A program made the position numbers and the translations under genes. The notes beneath the pieces were generated by a model. That model was not told the DNA's origin, did not search any database, and was given only the letters and a program-made list of their open reading frames with translations. From the human T2T-CHM13v2.0 reference genome, Homo sapiens, in NCBI RefSeq assembly GCF_009914755.1, contig NC_060928.1: 64,000 nt of DNA; one strand, 5' to 3'. Below are positions 31,688-45,747 of the stretch, one piece after another (positions within the stretch are counted from its first letter, which is position 1; each line of letters opens with the position of its first letter).

Positions 31688-32477
31688 TAACTTTGATAAT
31701 CACTGATCGCAGATCACCATAACAAATATAATAATAATGAAAAAGTTTGAAATATTGTGAGAAATATCAAATGTAATACCAAGAAATGAAGTGAGCACAT
31801 GTCAACAGTGAGCTGTTGGAAAAATGGTGTTAACAGACTTGCTGGACACGGTTGCCACAAACCTTCAATTTATAAAAAATGCACTGTCTGCAAAGGCTAT
31901 TAAGTTAAGCATAATAAAATAAGATGAAGTCTGCATGTGTAAATAAATGTAATATTTAACTTTAAAGCATACAGAAGATAGCTTTAAAATGTATAGTAAT
32001 GTGTTCTTTGGTATCGTTTATATAACTTACATTTTGATATGTTTCATTTCTCTGCTCAAATATCGAAGCAGGGTATAACTTTATATCTTGACCCCCATAA
32101 CCACATATTTCTGTAGGACACCACTTACGAAGAATGCATATGTAAAAAGCGATGGATGTCATCAAATCACCCTTACTTTTTTATATTTACATAAAATGTC
32201 ATGATAATCAGGGTGTGAGTTCCTCTTTAGACATCCTTCTGAGAACTATTTTATGACAACTTCCCCACAACTGATAGGCCAGCATGAGTTGTCAAGAGAA
32301 TGGAAAAGCTGCCCCCACATCATCTATGCCTTCTGTGTCCTTTGTGGTCTAACTACATCCTCCAGGTCCTGCCATTTCACACTTGGCCTATGTGCAATGT
32401 TCCCAAAGCTTTAGCCATTTCATTTTGTACATAAAGATCAGATTCCACAACTGCATTCTGTTAAAAATGTCCTCTGA

Positions 32478-32793
<316 letters not shown>

Positions 32794-32985
32794 CAAAGTG
32801 AGCCTATTTCTAAACCAAAGCATGGACCTTGAGACTAATGAGGGTAATGATGTCTAGGGGCCCAGACTTTAATGTGTACCGGAGCACTCTTAGATTGAAA
32901 AGTAGAGGATTTCCTGAGAGATTCTAGAGACAAAGTTAACATGGTAACATGGAGGAGGTTATAAAAGAAAGTGTATGTATATTAA

Positions 32986-33309
<324 letters not shown>

Positions 33310-34180
33310 ATTTTACTACAGCCTCCTAACTAAAGCTTTTAAAATAGTTCCAGATGAAATCCAAAGCAAAATATCATTATAATTATAATCTTCAGGGAAA
33401 TTCGTTTATTCGCAGATAAAGTATATGTATTGCCTTCTCAGTAATAAACATCATAGATTAAATTGTAATACATTGCAAATGTGAGACTTGAGATGATATG
33501 ATCAGCAGAAGGGGGAAAAAAGATGTGCATAATCTTGTATACAATTTATATTCTAAATGTCTGAATACACTAACAAAAATTCAAATACAGCAAAATAAAA
33601 TGCTTTAAAGAGTCATAAAAATGAATATGAGGATATGATAGCATTTAGTATCATAGAGAATGTAGAAGACATGAAATATCATAAAATATAAAATATAGAC
33701 AGAAAACTGATTGCATAAAATAATTACATTTAGGACATATGAAATGAAAATCATGGAAATTACAGTCAATCAGTAAAATTATTTTCTTAAATTTCTCCTT
33801 AATACCTAGAATGGCAACTTATTTTCCCAAGGATACTGTAGGAAAAATATTCTTTTGTTTATTTTTTGTCACTAATCTTATGATAATTTAACTGTATAAA
33901 CTAACCATATATTACTGTAATATTGAACATGTTTATATTCAGCAAATTTCTTAGACTCCACAGGGTTAAATGATGCTATCTATAATAAGAACACCTGTAT
34001 TAACTTGGGGTTTCTGGAGAGAGAGAGGAGCTTTTTCCAGCCGACTTGCCAAAAAGCTGAATCTATTCTGTGCAAACTATATGACAGATCATTCTGGAAA
34101 ACTGAGAGCTAATGTAGTATTACATGTGGTTATACCATGGACAGTTGATAGAGAATGACCCGGAGTCACACGATGCACCT

Positions 34181-34230
34181 GTTTTTTTTTTTGTTGTTGT
34201 TGTTTGTTTTTTGGTTTGTTTGTTTGTTTT
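34181..34230. repeat. (T)n/(TTG)n/(TTTG)n microsatellite
   Basis: Seen directly; complementary (AAAC)n at 34389-34411. Confidence 0.9.
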
Positions 34231-35708
34231 ACAATTCAAGGAAAATGAAATTGTATTTCATCATGGAGAGGAAAAAAAGGAAAATTTTTAAACATTGGAG
34301 AAAATATAATTGAGGGAGCAAGTTAAAGTAAATGTTATCCTTACAAATAATGGCTGACAGAATTTGCTCTATTTTTGAGAGCATTGTTAAAACAAAACAA
34401 ACAAACAAAACAGGAGTCAATTGATGTTAGCTCCTTCTTCCCTGGCATTTTTTATCCTGGGTTCCAGTCTTGTCTAATGGTACCAGGAAGTACCTAATTG
34501 CTGAAAACTATGGAACCTTCCTGTTTTTCTCTTTTTTCAACATTTCCACATACTAATTCAGTCTGGTCTACCTAGTAATTTTATATAATTGTGGATCATT
34601 TCTTACTTAGGAAGATCATTCCTTCTATCATCATTTCTTGCATAGAGTGTTGCCTTCTAACTAGTCCAAGATGATGGTTTGAAAGTGAAATATTTTCAAA
34701 TCCCTGTTCTTTGTGGAGCTCTTTAGTGTCCTTTTGGCCTTCCTGTGACCCTGATGTTATAATCTAAGCCTGCTGGTGGACAGCACACTAAACAGTTCCC
34801 TGATTTAGGAAGTGTATCTGCAAGGCCGAGCCTTTTTCTGTGCTGTCCTTTCTACTTGGAACTCTCCCATGTTTGCCTAATTATTGTCTCCTGGTCTTTC
34901 AAACCAGTCACACTTGGTCCCTTCATCTTCCTCAAGCAAAATGTGGTGATCCCTCCTCTATGCTCTAAAAAAGTCGGCTCCAAGAAGGAAGAATTATGCC
35001 AAAGAAAAAGCCTACAAGAAGACATATTTCCAGAGTTTGAAGGTTGGTTTCAAGTCCTTGACTGCTAAGAATATCCACTTTTGACACATAATAAAGCAAA
35101 CCAGCCTTTATTTCTATCTTCTTCTATTTGCTTATATATCTCTTACATGAAATTAAAGGACAAAGACCTCTTCCTGCCTTTTAAACTGTGTTCTGGAGCA
35201 TCTCCAAGTTGGTTATGCCATCTTCCTCTCTTAAAAGGGATTTGGGGCATAATCTGAATAGTGAGACAAGGCAACAGCTTACTTCATGAAGCTGTGTTAA
35301 GGCTCCATCTGCAGAGAGTGAGACGACTCTGTCCAATGGTTCGAAAGGAAAACGTCATGCTTGACAACGTGTGAACAACTAAAGACAGAATGTTCTCTAG
35401 TTTTAGGAAGAATCATTTAATCAATTCCATTAGTATTCCCATGCGCTGAAACATAGTGTCTACATTTCCCATATGGGACACAGAGTTAAAACCCACAGGG
35501 ATGAATTCATTTCCAGAGATCTGCAACTTTATCGTTTTGTCTGTTACAATACATGAAACAATCCCAGAGATTTTCAACATCATTAATATTTGATGTTCCA
35601 TGTTCGATATACTTCAGTTATTCTTAACCAGAAAAAGAGTTTAATTTTACCATGAAACATATATCTACATAAGCTAAAAATAATACTTAGTGATGTTTCA
35701 TATTTATT

Positions 35709-35759
35709 ATGAGAAAGCTGTTCAAAATGATGAGAAAGCTGTTCAAAATGATCAGAAAG
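35709..35759. repeat. 21 bp tandem duplication (atgagaaagctgttcaaaatg) x2.4
   Basis: Two exact copies plus a partial third. Confidence 0.9.
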
Positions 35760-35999
35760 AAATTATAAAGATACTAACACAGTCAGGTTAATAAAAGTCA
35801 CATATGTATAGAGAAAGCATAGGCATATTATTAACTTAGATTGCAAATAAAAATATCAAAGCAAAATGGACTGCAGATAATGATGTTTTATGGATGAAAA
35901 TAGGAATGCAATTTTAAAAGGAATCCAACAAGTAAACAGTTGTAGCTGAATTGATAAACTCTGAAACAATGTGTTTTTACCTTCATAAAGTTCCCTAGT

Positions 36000-36555
36000 T
36001 GAGGTCCCAGTTATCACCCTCCCTTCACTACATGGGAAATTGTATTCTTTGGCATTTATATTCTAATTCTTCTTTATATTCCAGCAAATTATTTGCCCCC
36101 TCATATTTTAAACTAACAGCCTCCTTAATGGTCTTCCAAATTCTGCTTTCTTTACTTTCCAACCCAGCATGCACACAATTTTGACATATTTTTCTAGAAA
36201 TCCTATTTCCATTTTTAGTGTATGAATCAACTAAAATACAAGTTACTTTGTAAGGACCTATGTTAATGTCCAACAATTTGATCATGGTGTGCCTTCTCCA
36301 TCAAGCATCAGCCTTTAGGTGCTCCATCATCTACTGTTCCCTTAGCAATGGTACCCCAACACATACCAACGCACCAGGTAGGTCCAATCTTCATAAAGGG
36401 AGAGAGCATTTTCTCCTCAGAGTTTTACTTATGTCAATTACTCCAACTAGAAAAATCTATGCTCCAATCTATCAATTCACTTGTTCCTAATTCACCTATT
36501 AAAAGTATTACCAAATCACTATTTTTCAACATATCTTAATAAGTAAATATTTCAA
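36000..36555 (+). mobile_element. Old L2 fragment
   Basis: acagcctccttaatggtcttcc; ends ttaataagtaaatatttcaatga. Confidence 0.4.
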
Positions 36556-36718
36556 TGACTTCTTAGTCCTAATCCCTTCCCATGCCCTGCTAATTCCCAC
36601 TAAAACACTGAGTGAACTGTGGTTGAAAATAATGACTATTGGCTAGATGCATGGGTATGTGCCTGGCTGGCTGAATCAACAGTCTCCTTGATATGCTCAA
36701 GTTAGTTGGCTTAAGTGA

Positions 36719-36742
36719 CAATAACAACAACAACAATAACAA
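36719..36742. repeat. (AAC)n microsatellite
   Basis: Seen directly. Confidence 0.8.
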
Positions 36743-38244
36743 GATCCTTGGTTTAAGGGAGAGGGATTAAGGTATTGAAAGGTGGATGTTTAACACATGA
36801 AAAGTAGATCCTTTTGATCCCAAAAGTAACTTCTCAGCAAAAAAAGATAAAAGAACATCTAAGGATAAAAATATCCCAAACTTCTAACTCTCTATATACA
36901 AATGGGTTCATGTTAAATTTGTATTTCTATTTACATAATTTAAACACATTGTGTTCAATTGCAAAGCTCTAACCTAAGTAGGAATAGTAATCCCAAAATG
37001 CTCAATGTTAAACTTTAGGACTACATTGTTTGTAGGTATTTTCTTTCAAAGTTCATGGTTATTTACTTCTAAGCACAATAACACTCAAAGTAAAGGAGGA
37101 ATGATAGCCAAGGCCAGTATCTAGAAGTACATTCACATTTGTTTTACCTACAAATAGAATGCATAATCCAGGGACACAGACAAGGCTAGTGTAGAGCTGT
37201 AAATTATTTATCTAATTAAAATAGAGATAATTCTTCTGCCTTCATCTTCTCAGCTATTTATTCCAGATGTCAGTGCACAACCATTCTATTCCAACAACAA
37301 AGTGAAATATTCATTGATTTGATATTCCTGTTGCTCTAAAGCAAATACATCTCAATTTCTGTGTCCTTTCCTTCCTTCCTCTCTCCCTCTGTCTACTCCC
37401 CCCACAACACACACGCACACAATTACACATTTTGTAGGCACTTTTCAACTATGTCTCAAGAATTAAAGAAAAAAATCTTCAAAAAAATTTTTTTGTGTAA
37501 TTTGAACATTATAATATCATAAGGGAAAAATAAAACATTTAACCTTTCTTAATTCAAACACTTTCACACTTGTATCATAACAACATACAGACCCAAGGAA
37601 ATACAACTGGTTGTTGTTACAGAAGAAAAAAGAGAATAATAATAATGTAGAAACAATGTGGCATTTCTGGTTGACAATGTGATAACTGTACTAAAAGATG
37701 TCTTAAATGAAAAAAAATAAACAAATATGGTATCCTTAGCTATACCTAAAATAACTTCTATTTTCTTCTCTGTAATTACATGAATGCTACAGAATTAACA
37801 TTTTAAGGTTTCAAATGCAGTCAGAAAGACTAAACATAAAATTTACCTTATAGCTTTCAAGAAGCAAAAGAGATTTTTCAATTCTAAAATGAATCTCTGT
37901 AATCATGCAATCAATAATAATATTTTCAAGAATTAAGGTTCAGGGTATCTGAAATGTTTATTTATGTTCTAACACATTAAATAGGAAATAAGAAAAACTA
38001 ACTCATTTTCCTTAATGTAAAACTTCAATCTAGTGGTAAAGAAAGTATAAATTTGCTTCTATTTCAAAATTGCATAAAAAAGTTTCCTCCAATTACGTTG
38101 GTAGTACTTACTTCTCTGCAAGCCCAACAGACAATTGCCTGGGAATAGCATTCACACACAACCTGTGTTGTAGGTAATTATGTAGTGTTCCTGGATGAGT
38201 CAAATATTCATGTAATCCACCTACCTAGGTCAAATGAATGAATT

Positions 38245-39150
38245 TCTATTTCCATTCATCAGCATTTTACTTGATGGCTTCTGTGTGTCAGTGACTACAA
38301 CGATCTCAGGAGATTTGGAAAGAGTAAGTCATAGTCATTGACATCACAAGACCTGCAGACTATGAGGAGAGAAAACTGAAGACAGAAAGGCAAACCAAAA
38401 AAGGCAAGCTTTGTATTGAGCCTTGAAAAATTAGTTGCTGTTCAGTAGGTAAGAAAGAAGAGGAGGAGAGAAGATTTCAAGGCTGATCATATCACTATAG
38501 GAGCTAAGGTCTGATGTGTTAGGAATTTCAAGTTATTTAGGTGATTAAGATCTAGCATGTTCTGGAAGGTGTTAGGTGTGGTGGTGGAGGGAGTGGTAAG
38601 ACTTAAGGAAAGAAGAGAGAGTAGGGTTATGTTGCAAGGTAGTAAGGAGCCACTGAAGGATCCTAAGCATAGGAGGCATATGCTCACACTTGCATTTTGG
38701 GAAGAATGCTCTGGAAGCTCTCTGAAGGATGGGTTTCTGATGGAGTGATGGAAAGAATGGTGAAAACATAGAGATTAGCAACACAGTTCAGTAAAGGAAT
38801 GACAAGAGTTGAGTTATGGCTGTAGCAATGGCGAGGCAGAATATATGGCAATCTTGAAAGGTTTTAAAAGTTAGACTCCATGAAACAGTCTGGCTGGTTT
38901 CATGTTGTGTGTGAGGGAAGAAAAGAACTCCAAATTACTGACAGTACTTTGTTTATGAGACTAAGGTATGGTGGAACCATTCATTGGGTTTGACAGGATA
39001 GGACATGGAGCCAGTAGAAGGAAAAGCACAGACAGACATAAATTTGAGCTGTCACTGGGACGTAAAAGCAGACATATCTAATGGGCAGAATGATGTGTAA
39101 TCTAGAAGAAGATCTCAGAACTAGGTATATGAACTTATAAAACACCTGTA
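38245..39150 (-). mobile_element. L2 fragment
   Basis: Purine-rich; aaggagccactgaagga...gcattttgggaagaatgctctgg; gatctcagaactagg. Confidence 0.6.
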
Positions 39151-39440
39151 CACGGTGGAATAAACACACTAAATAATATATGCAATCATTAATAGTCATG
39201 CACTTCGAATTAGTATTAAAAATACTCTAGGTGATAAGCAATAGAAGGACAAGTAAAATCAATTGCCCCTTTGATAAAATACTGACATCTCAAAGTAAAT
39301 TGAGATCGTAAGCAGACAAGGCAACTCTGGGGATAAAGAGAATATTAGTTATCTTATGAAGAAAGAGGAGCTAGGTAATGAAGGCAAATATGGGGCAATG
39401 GGTGGGTTTAAGAAGGCGAACTGGAGGCTACCTCTGGGAA

Positions 39441-39947
39441 TGTGTAGCAGCTAGTCTCCACGATGACTCCCAGGGATGCTTGGGGTATTCATGCCCTTAG
39501 ATAGTCTCCTCCAGCATTGCATTAGGTGTTATCTGTGTGACCAATTGGATGTGACAGAGGTGACAGTGTGCCCCTCCTGAGGCCAGGTTATACAGGGGAG
39601 TGCTGCTTCAGTCACCCTAGGAGAAGTCAGAGCGAAGCTATGAGGAGGCACAGGCATTCCCGTCTAAACACACACATGGAGAGAAACTGAGGACTCCCCC
39701 TGAGAGCCAGCACCAGCCATGAGCAGGTGAATGAATCACCTTGGAAGTGGATGCTCCAACCCTGCCAGAACTGCCTATGACTACAGCCACCATTCACATT
39801 TTATTTCAGTCTCATTAAGGACCCCAATTCAGAACCGTCTAGCCAAGCCACTCCCAAATTCCCGGCCCACAGTAATCGTGGGATATAAAAATGTTCGTTG
39901 TTGCTTTATGTCACTAAAATGTATTACGCCTGGATAAGTAACTAACA
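39441..39947 (+). mobile_element. MLT1F-like MaLR solo LTR
   Basis: ctccacgatgactccc...ggtattcatgccct...ctgtgtgaccaat...ctagccaagccactcccaaattcc...taactaaca. Confidence 0.8.
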
Positions 39948-40479
39948 AGCACAATCATGATCAGTTACTCAAATGGGGAATATACATAGTTCCACTAGTG
40001 CTTTTAGCAAAGACTAGGTTCAAAATGAATGTTCTCAACATAAAGTGTATTTCTTAGCAAGGAATGTAACAACCCATCATGTACACAATCAGAGATTGGG
40101 TAAATTGGTTTTTAAGACTTAATTTTAAAGTTCAAGGAAAAAGACATGTAATGAGAAGAGTATCTGAGAGAATCATATGCTCATTAGAAAGCATTACCAC
40201 GAGACCAAAGAGAGGGAGCAGCCCTGTATCCAAGAAGGAAGAAGGGTAACACTTGGTTGACTGAACAAAGAACCATTCATAGAACCCGAATAAGTATAAA
40301 AATGTACAGATAATAACATGTTTGAACAGATTAGCCAAGAAATGGAATTAAAAGTAGGTTAAAAGCCTAATATCATGATAAAATAAAACTGCAGTGACAT
40401 AATTGTAAATATGTTATGTAACCTAACATTTACAACCAAAGCAGAAGAATGGAGAAGTAAGTGCCATCACACAATGGAA

Positions 40480-40700
40480 GAAGTTCAGTTCCTGGAGTAG
40501 GAAAGGCCTCTGCCAGTTGTGGCCCTTCACTTCCCCAGGGAGTGATCCAAAGTAACCCATTGAACCTCTCCAAATCTCTGTTTCCTAAATTAACCAGAGT
40601 CATCTGTAAGAGTTACTGTAAGAATTAACATTTGTATTACTTATTTTAAAACATACAACACAGGGCTGGGACAAAAAAATGCTTAGTAAGCAATATATTC
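40480..40700 (+). mobile_element. MIR
   Basis: aacctctccaaatctctgtttcct...gtaagaattaa...acagggctgggaca. Confidence 0.55.
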
Positions 40701-42039
40701 TCTTGTTTATTCCATTTCTTTTTTAAAAATTGGAAAAAATATAAAGTGCCATAAGAAAATCAAGGTATTTTGCTTTCTCAACAGTAGCATTTTTACGAAA
40801 ATGGATAACAACTTTTAAGACATCAATAAGGAATAGCAAGTGATATGATGAAAGTCGTAAGTTTAGCCAGATTCAATTAAATCTGTTGGCTTCACCAATT
40901 CCAAGCATATGATTATGTATGTAAAATAGCTTTCTAACTGTAATGCACTGCCTAAATGTGGAGTGTTATTTAGGAGACACTGGCAGAGAGTGTCAATTGA
41001 TCCACCAGTGAGTAAATAGCAAATTAAATCTAAAAATGACCGTTTTTTATAGATGCTAAAAGGAACATTGAGAAAATTTATTTAGATTTACAGAAACAAA
41101 GAATGTTTTTCCAAGATTGTTCCTGGGGTTGTAACAGTAGGAAAGTCCTAGTACATAAAAATAAATACAAGATGCTGACTACATCCTGCTGTCCTCTACT
41201 GAGGCACAGCAGGGGATACAAAATCACACACTGAACATGCAGTTTACCTCCAGTGCCCAGGAGGCGGTCAGCTTTCAATTTTGTTTTTAAAAGGGATTGC
41301 AACATCAAGTTTTATTTCCAAATTCATGCTAATTTATGCAAGGCAGACAGCCTCTTCCATTTTGTGGCAAAATGAAGTCACAAAAATTGCTAGAATCTAC
41401 TCTCCTTGAGACCTCAGCTGTTTTCAGTGTCTAGCATGCAGCACACAGTTATACTATTCTAAAAAACAATATTGTGCAAAATTAAATCTTTAGTTCATGC
41501 AATCAGCCATTCAAAAACTATTAAGTGTCCATTGAGTGCCAGCAAGTCAGGTTACAGATGCTCTTGAAGGCATTTCTGAGACCGCAAATCTCACTGTTAG
41601 TGTCTGAATACAGTGTCCAGTTATTTGCTGTGTGTAGCTGTATGGGTTTTTCATAAGTGGTTATCTGCCTCATGATGATGGTTTTGTGATTTTGATAAAG
41701 GGAAACCAAACTAAACAGGGGTTTGAGGAATACGGGGGGGGCAAGAGAAAATAGTGATTTCAATTATACGTAGATAATTCTTCAAGACAACTTAGCATTA
41801 AAAATCAAATATCAAGACAATAAGAGGTTAAACTGTAAAAGGCATAAAATTTTCTTTACCCTTTTTCTCCCTTTTGTACATAGCTTGCTAAATAATTTTT
41901 GTTATGAATTTCAAGGGTCTTTTCCTTTTCCTTAAAAAAGACTTCCAAACCTATGCTGGCAATCAACCTATGCAACTCCAACAAGCAATTCAGTTTATTT
42001 AATGATAGATTATGAGTTTAAACTCATATCATGTATTTG

Positions 42040-42200
42040 AATTGAAAATGTAGAGGAAGATACAAATCTATGAATGGTGGTTATCCCAGAAATGAACACT
42101 GGGGTTTGTGAAGGGCTAAATTGGGACTGTTAATTTGTTTTTATACCATCCCATAGCTTTTGAAATTTTACCATGATTATGTATCACTTTATAGTAAAAA
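42040..42200 (+). mobile_element. L1ME/MC 3' end fragment
   Basis: ggtggttatccc...tttgaaattttaccatgattatgtatcacttt. Confidence 0.5.
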
Positions 42201-42333
42201 TTTAATCTCTAAAATATGAGGAATTATGTATTAATGAGGGGATATAGCAATTTTCTCCTTCATAAGAAAGAGATTATCTTTTATAGACTATTACCAGAAA
42301 GAATACAAGAATGTTATGTTTTAATCTAAATCT

Positions 42334-42648
42334 GGCTGGGTGCAGTGGCTCACGCATGTAATCCTAGCACTTTGGGAAGCCGAGACAGGCAGATCACCTG
42401 AGGTCAGGATTTAGAGACCAGCCTGGCCAACATGGTGAAATCCAGTCTCTACTAAAAATACAAAAATTAGCCGGGTGTGATGGTGCATGCCTGTAATCAC
42501 GGCTACTCTGGAGGCTGAGGCAAGAGAATCGCTACTGGGAGGTGGAGGTTGCAGTGAGCGGAGATCACTCCGCTATACTCCAGCCTGGGTAGCAGAGTGA
42601 GACTCCGTCTCAACAAAAATAATAATAAAATAATAAAATAAAATAAAT
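42334..42648 (+). mobile_element. AluSx-like with (AAAAT)n tail
   Basis: Full dimer; TSD aatctaaat. Confidence 0.93.
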
Positions 42649-42787
42649 CTAAATAAATACATCTAAAACGCTTTCTCCTCCAATCAAATTGATCCATGTG
42701 TGTACTTCTGAATTTTTGACAGTTCCCAAGTGATTCCCAAGAATAGGTAGGTGTTTATGGAAATAAATATTTGTGAAATTCAAAATG

Positions 42788-42841
42788 AAGAAGCAGGTGT
42801 ATAAGATGTATAAGAAGCAGGTGTATAAGATGTATAAGAAG
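42788..42841. repeat. 24 bp tandem duplication (aagaagcaggtgtataagatgtat) x2.2
   Basis: Two exact copies plus a partial third. Confidence 0.9.
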
Positions 42842-43354
42842 GCATCTGAGAAAAGATGAGGAGACAAGCAACACAACAACCTTGGGGGACTATTTTTATC
42901 TCTTATAGCTCTTCACATTATAAAACTCTAGGACATTTTATGAATATATGCTCAAAAGACTCTCATGTTGAGGAAATATGTTTTAGAGGTTTAAGATATA
43001 TTCAAATGCAGATTATAAAGATTAAATCAAGATTCCAATGATGATTATAAATTACATGAAAATCATGGGAAAAGAATAAATACTCTTCATATAAACTGAA
43101 AACCATAGGGAATATTTATAAAACTAGAGCTCCCTGAGTAGTGAATTATTCAGTCATTAAATGGATGCAGGTAGAGAGAGAGAGAGAGAAATAGATACAG
43201 AGATATACACCGAGATCTTCCTGCTTAAGGATAAAACAACAGAAAATAGGACTCTTAGAATGAGAAATGTTTGTCTGGGTACATCTGAAATATAAACAGT
43301 AATAATAGACAATCAAAAAACATCTTGATGACCACAGAATGACTGTGACATTAG

Positions 43355-43570
43355 AATAACAGCTAACAATTATTGAAATTGTATTTTATACTAAGCCTGG
43401 TATTAAGGCCTTTTTATTTATTGTTTTATGTAATTCTCATAAAAACTTCTAAGGGAAGTGCTGTTCTTATCCCAGAGTTACTGAGGGAGAAAGTTATGTA
43501 TCACTTTGAGAAGCAATGACACAGTCTCAGAGTCACTAGTCAAGATCTACACTGAGCTAGAAGTGAGTAC
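43355..43570 (-). mobile_element. MIR
   Basis: ataacagctaacaattattga...taattctcataaaaacttctaagggaag...ttatccc. Confidence 0.6.
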
Positions 43571-43587
43571 TTGCTTTAGCGCAAAAA

Positions 43588-43827
43588 TTTTTGTTTTCAA
43601 GATGGATCTTGCTCTGTCTCCCAGGCTGGAGTTCACTGCAACCTCTGCCTCCTGGGTTCAAGTGATTCTCCTACCTCACACCACCATGTCTGCCTGTTTT
43701 TGTATTTTTAGTAGAGACAGGGTTTCACCATGTTGGCCAGGCTGGTCTCAAACTCCTTACCTCATGATCTACCCGCCTCAGCCTCCCAAAGTGCTGGGAT
43801 TACAGGCATGAGCCACCGGGCCCAGCC
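43588..43827 (-). mobile_element. AluSg-like with two internal deletions in the right arm
   Basis: ctggag|ttcactgc and ctacctca|caccacc joins; TSD tagYgcaaaaatt. Confidence 0.9.
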
Positions 43828-44197
43828 TAGTGCAAAAATTCTAATCGCTACACTGCTGCATACAATAAGATCTCCATAAATATGTGTTGAATGATGTCAC
43901 AATGTTACTATAACCTAATGCTATAAAATACAGCAGGTGTCCTTCTACCAATATTTCAAATAGACATTGACCCACAATTGTATTTAATCTATTTTGCCGC
44001 AATTAAATAGTTAAGTAACAGATTTAAAATGTAGGATATAATTATTTGGACATCTATAATTTAATAATTAATAATATACTAAAAGGTTTTTTAAAGTAAT
44101 AAAACACCTGAGTAATGTCTCTCCATTGACAAAAAAATAAAAATAAAAATCATAAAATCTAAATTAATTGACCATTTCTAGTCTAGGAACATGATAA

Positions 44198-44530
<333 letters not shown>

Positions 44531-44789
44531 TAATAAGCTTTCAATGTCTGAAAAAGATTAGGAGTTCTTCAGATGCAAGTGTCCTCGTCTAATGTGCTTT
44601 GAATTCCCTTGGTCATTCTACGCTTACTTGACACTTAGTATGCATTTTATGACAGTTTGCTAAGTTTTTAATATAGTGCAGGGATGCCACTTAATATTAT
44701 CAACAAACACAAAAGAAATTCAGCCAAGAACATCTATAATTGGTATTAATAATATATTGCTCTATTGCTCATACAACATGTTTGCCACA

Positions 44790-44890
44790 TTTTTATTCAC
44801 TCATTTATTTATTCTTTCATTCATTCACCCAACAATATTTAGACTAGCACTAACATTCACAATACGTCAAATATTGAAGCCATAGGGGTA
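44790..44890 (-). mobile_element. L2 3' tail
   Basis: (ttca)n-like tail followed by caacaatattt. Confidence 0.45.
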
Positions 44891-45293
44891 AATTCACTAT
44901 ATTTAGCATCAGCTTGCTAGTCTTTTATCGAGTATTGCTATGTTTAGTATGAAATGTATTTAAACTCTGACTGAAATCAATAAAAGACAGCAGACAAAGG
45001 ATTTAAATGTCCGAATCTAAGTATTCACTTCTAGACAGATAAAATATTATTCATGAATGTTATAAAAAGGCATTCGATTAAAAAAAATTATGGGAAAGTG
45101 ATTCCCAGTGGGTAAACAAAACAAAACAAGAACATATGCGCATCTGTGCAATTGGCCACACGTGAAAATGCATGTCTCAAGGGCCAGTGCAGATGATTGC
45201 TTTTTCTTTCCCCACAACCCCCAGGGTGAGTGTCTAATTCAGACACTAAGAAAAACAGAAATAAGAAACAAAATGGATTAAAGTAGATGCAGC

Positions 45294-45530
45294 CAATCTA
45301 TAGAGACAGAAACTAGATTGACTCGTGGTTGCGCGGGACTGGGAGAGAGGGAAGGGAAATGAGGAATGACTGCTAATAGGTAGGAGGTTTTTCTCTGGAG
45401 TAATAAAAATGTTCTAAAATTAGATTGTGGTAATGGTTTCACAATGCTGCCTGTGTTCTAAAAACCACTGAATTGTAAACATTAATTGGGTGAATGTTAT
45501 ATGTAAAATATATATCTATAAAGTTGTTAA
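45294..45530 (+). mobile_element. L1MB 3' end, 5'-truncated
   Basis: aatctatagagacagaaactagatt...aaatgttctaaaattagattgtggt; TSD aaagtagatgcagc/aaaatagatgctgc. Confidence 0.85.
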
Positions 45531-45615
45531 AAAATAGATGCTGCTAGTTTTTTCATTAACAATAACTACTTTTCAATACATTTTCAATTATTTTTATTTT
45601 TGAAAAGTATTTCAG

Positions 45616-45747
45616 ATTTTTATATTTTTAGTAAAGATGTAGTTTCACCATATTGGCCAGGCTGGTCTCGAACTCCTGACCTTGTGATTCACCTGCCTCG
45701 GCCTCCCAAAGTGCTGGGATTACAGGCATGAGCCACTGTGCCTGGCC
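45616..45747 (-). mobile_element. AluS left arm only
   Basis: Linker plus left monomer; right arm absent. Confidence 0.9.

Larger units (their letters stand above)
29875..31933 (-). mobile_element. Tigger1 (pogo-family) DNA transposon, both ends present, internally deleted
   Basis: Both termini and internal transposase sequence match the recalled Tigger1 consensus. Confidence 0.92.
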
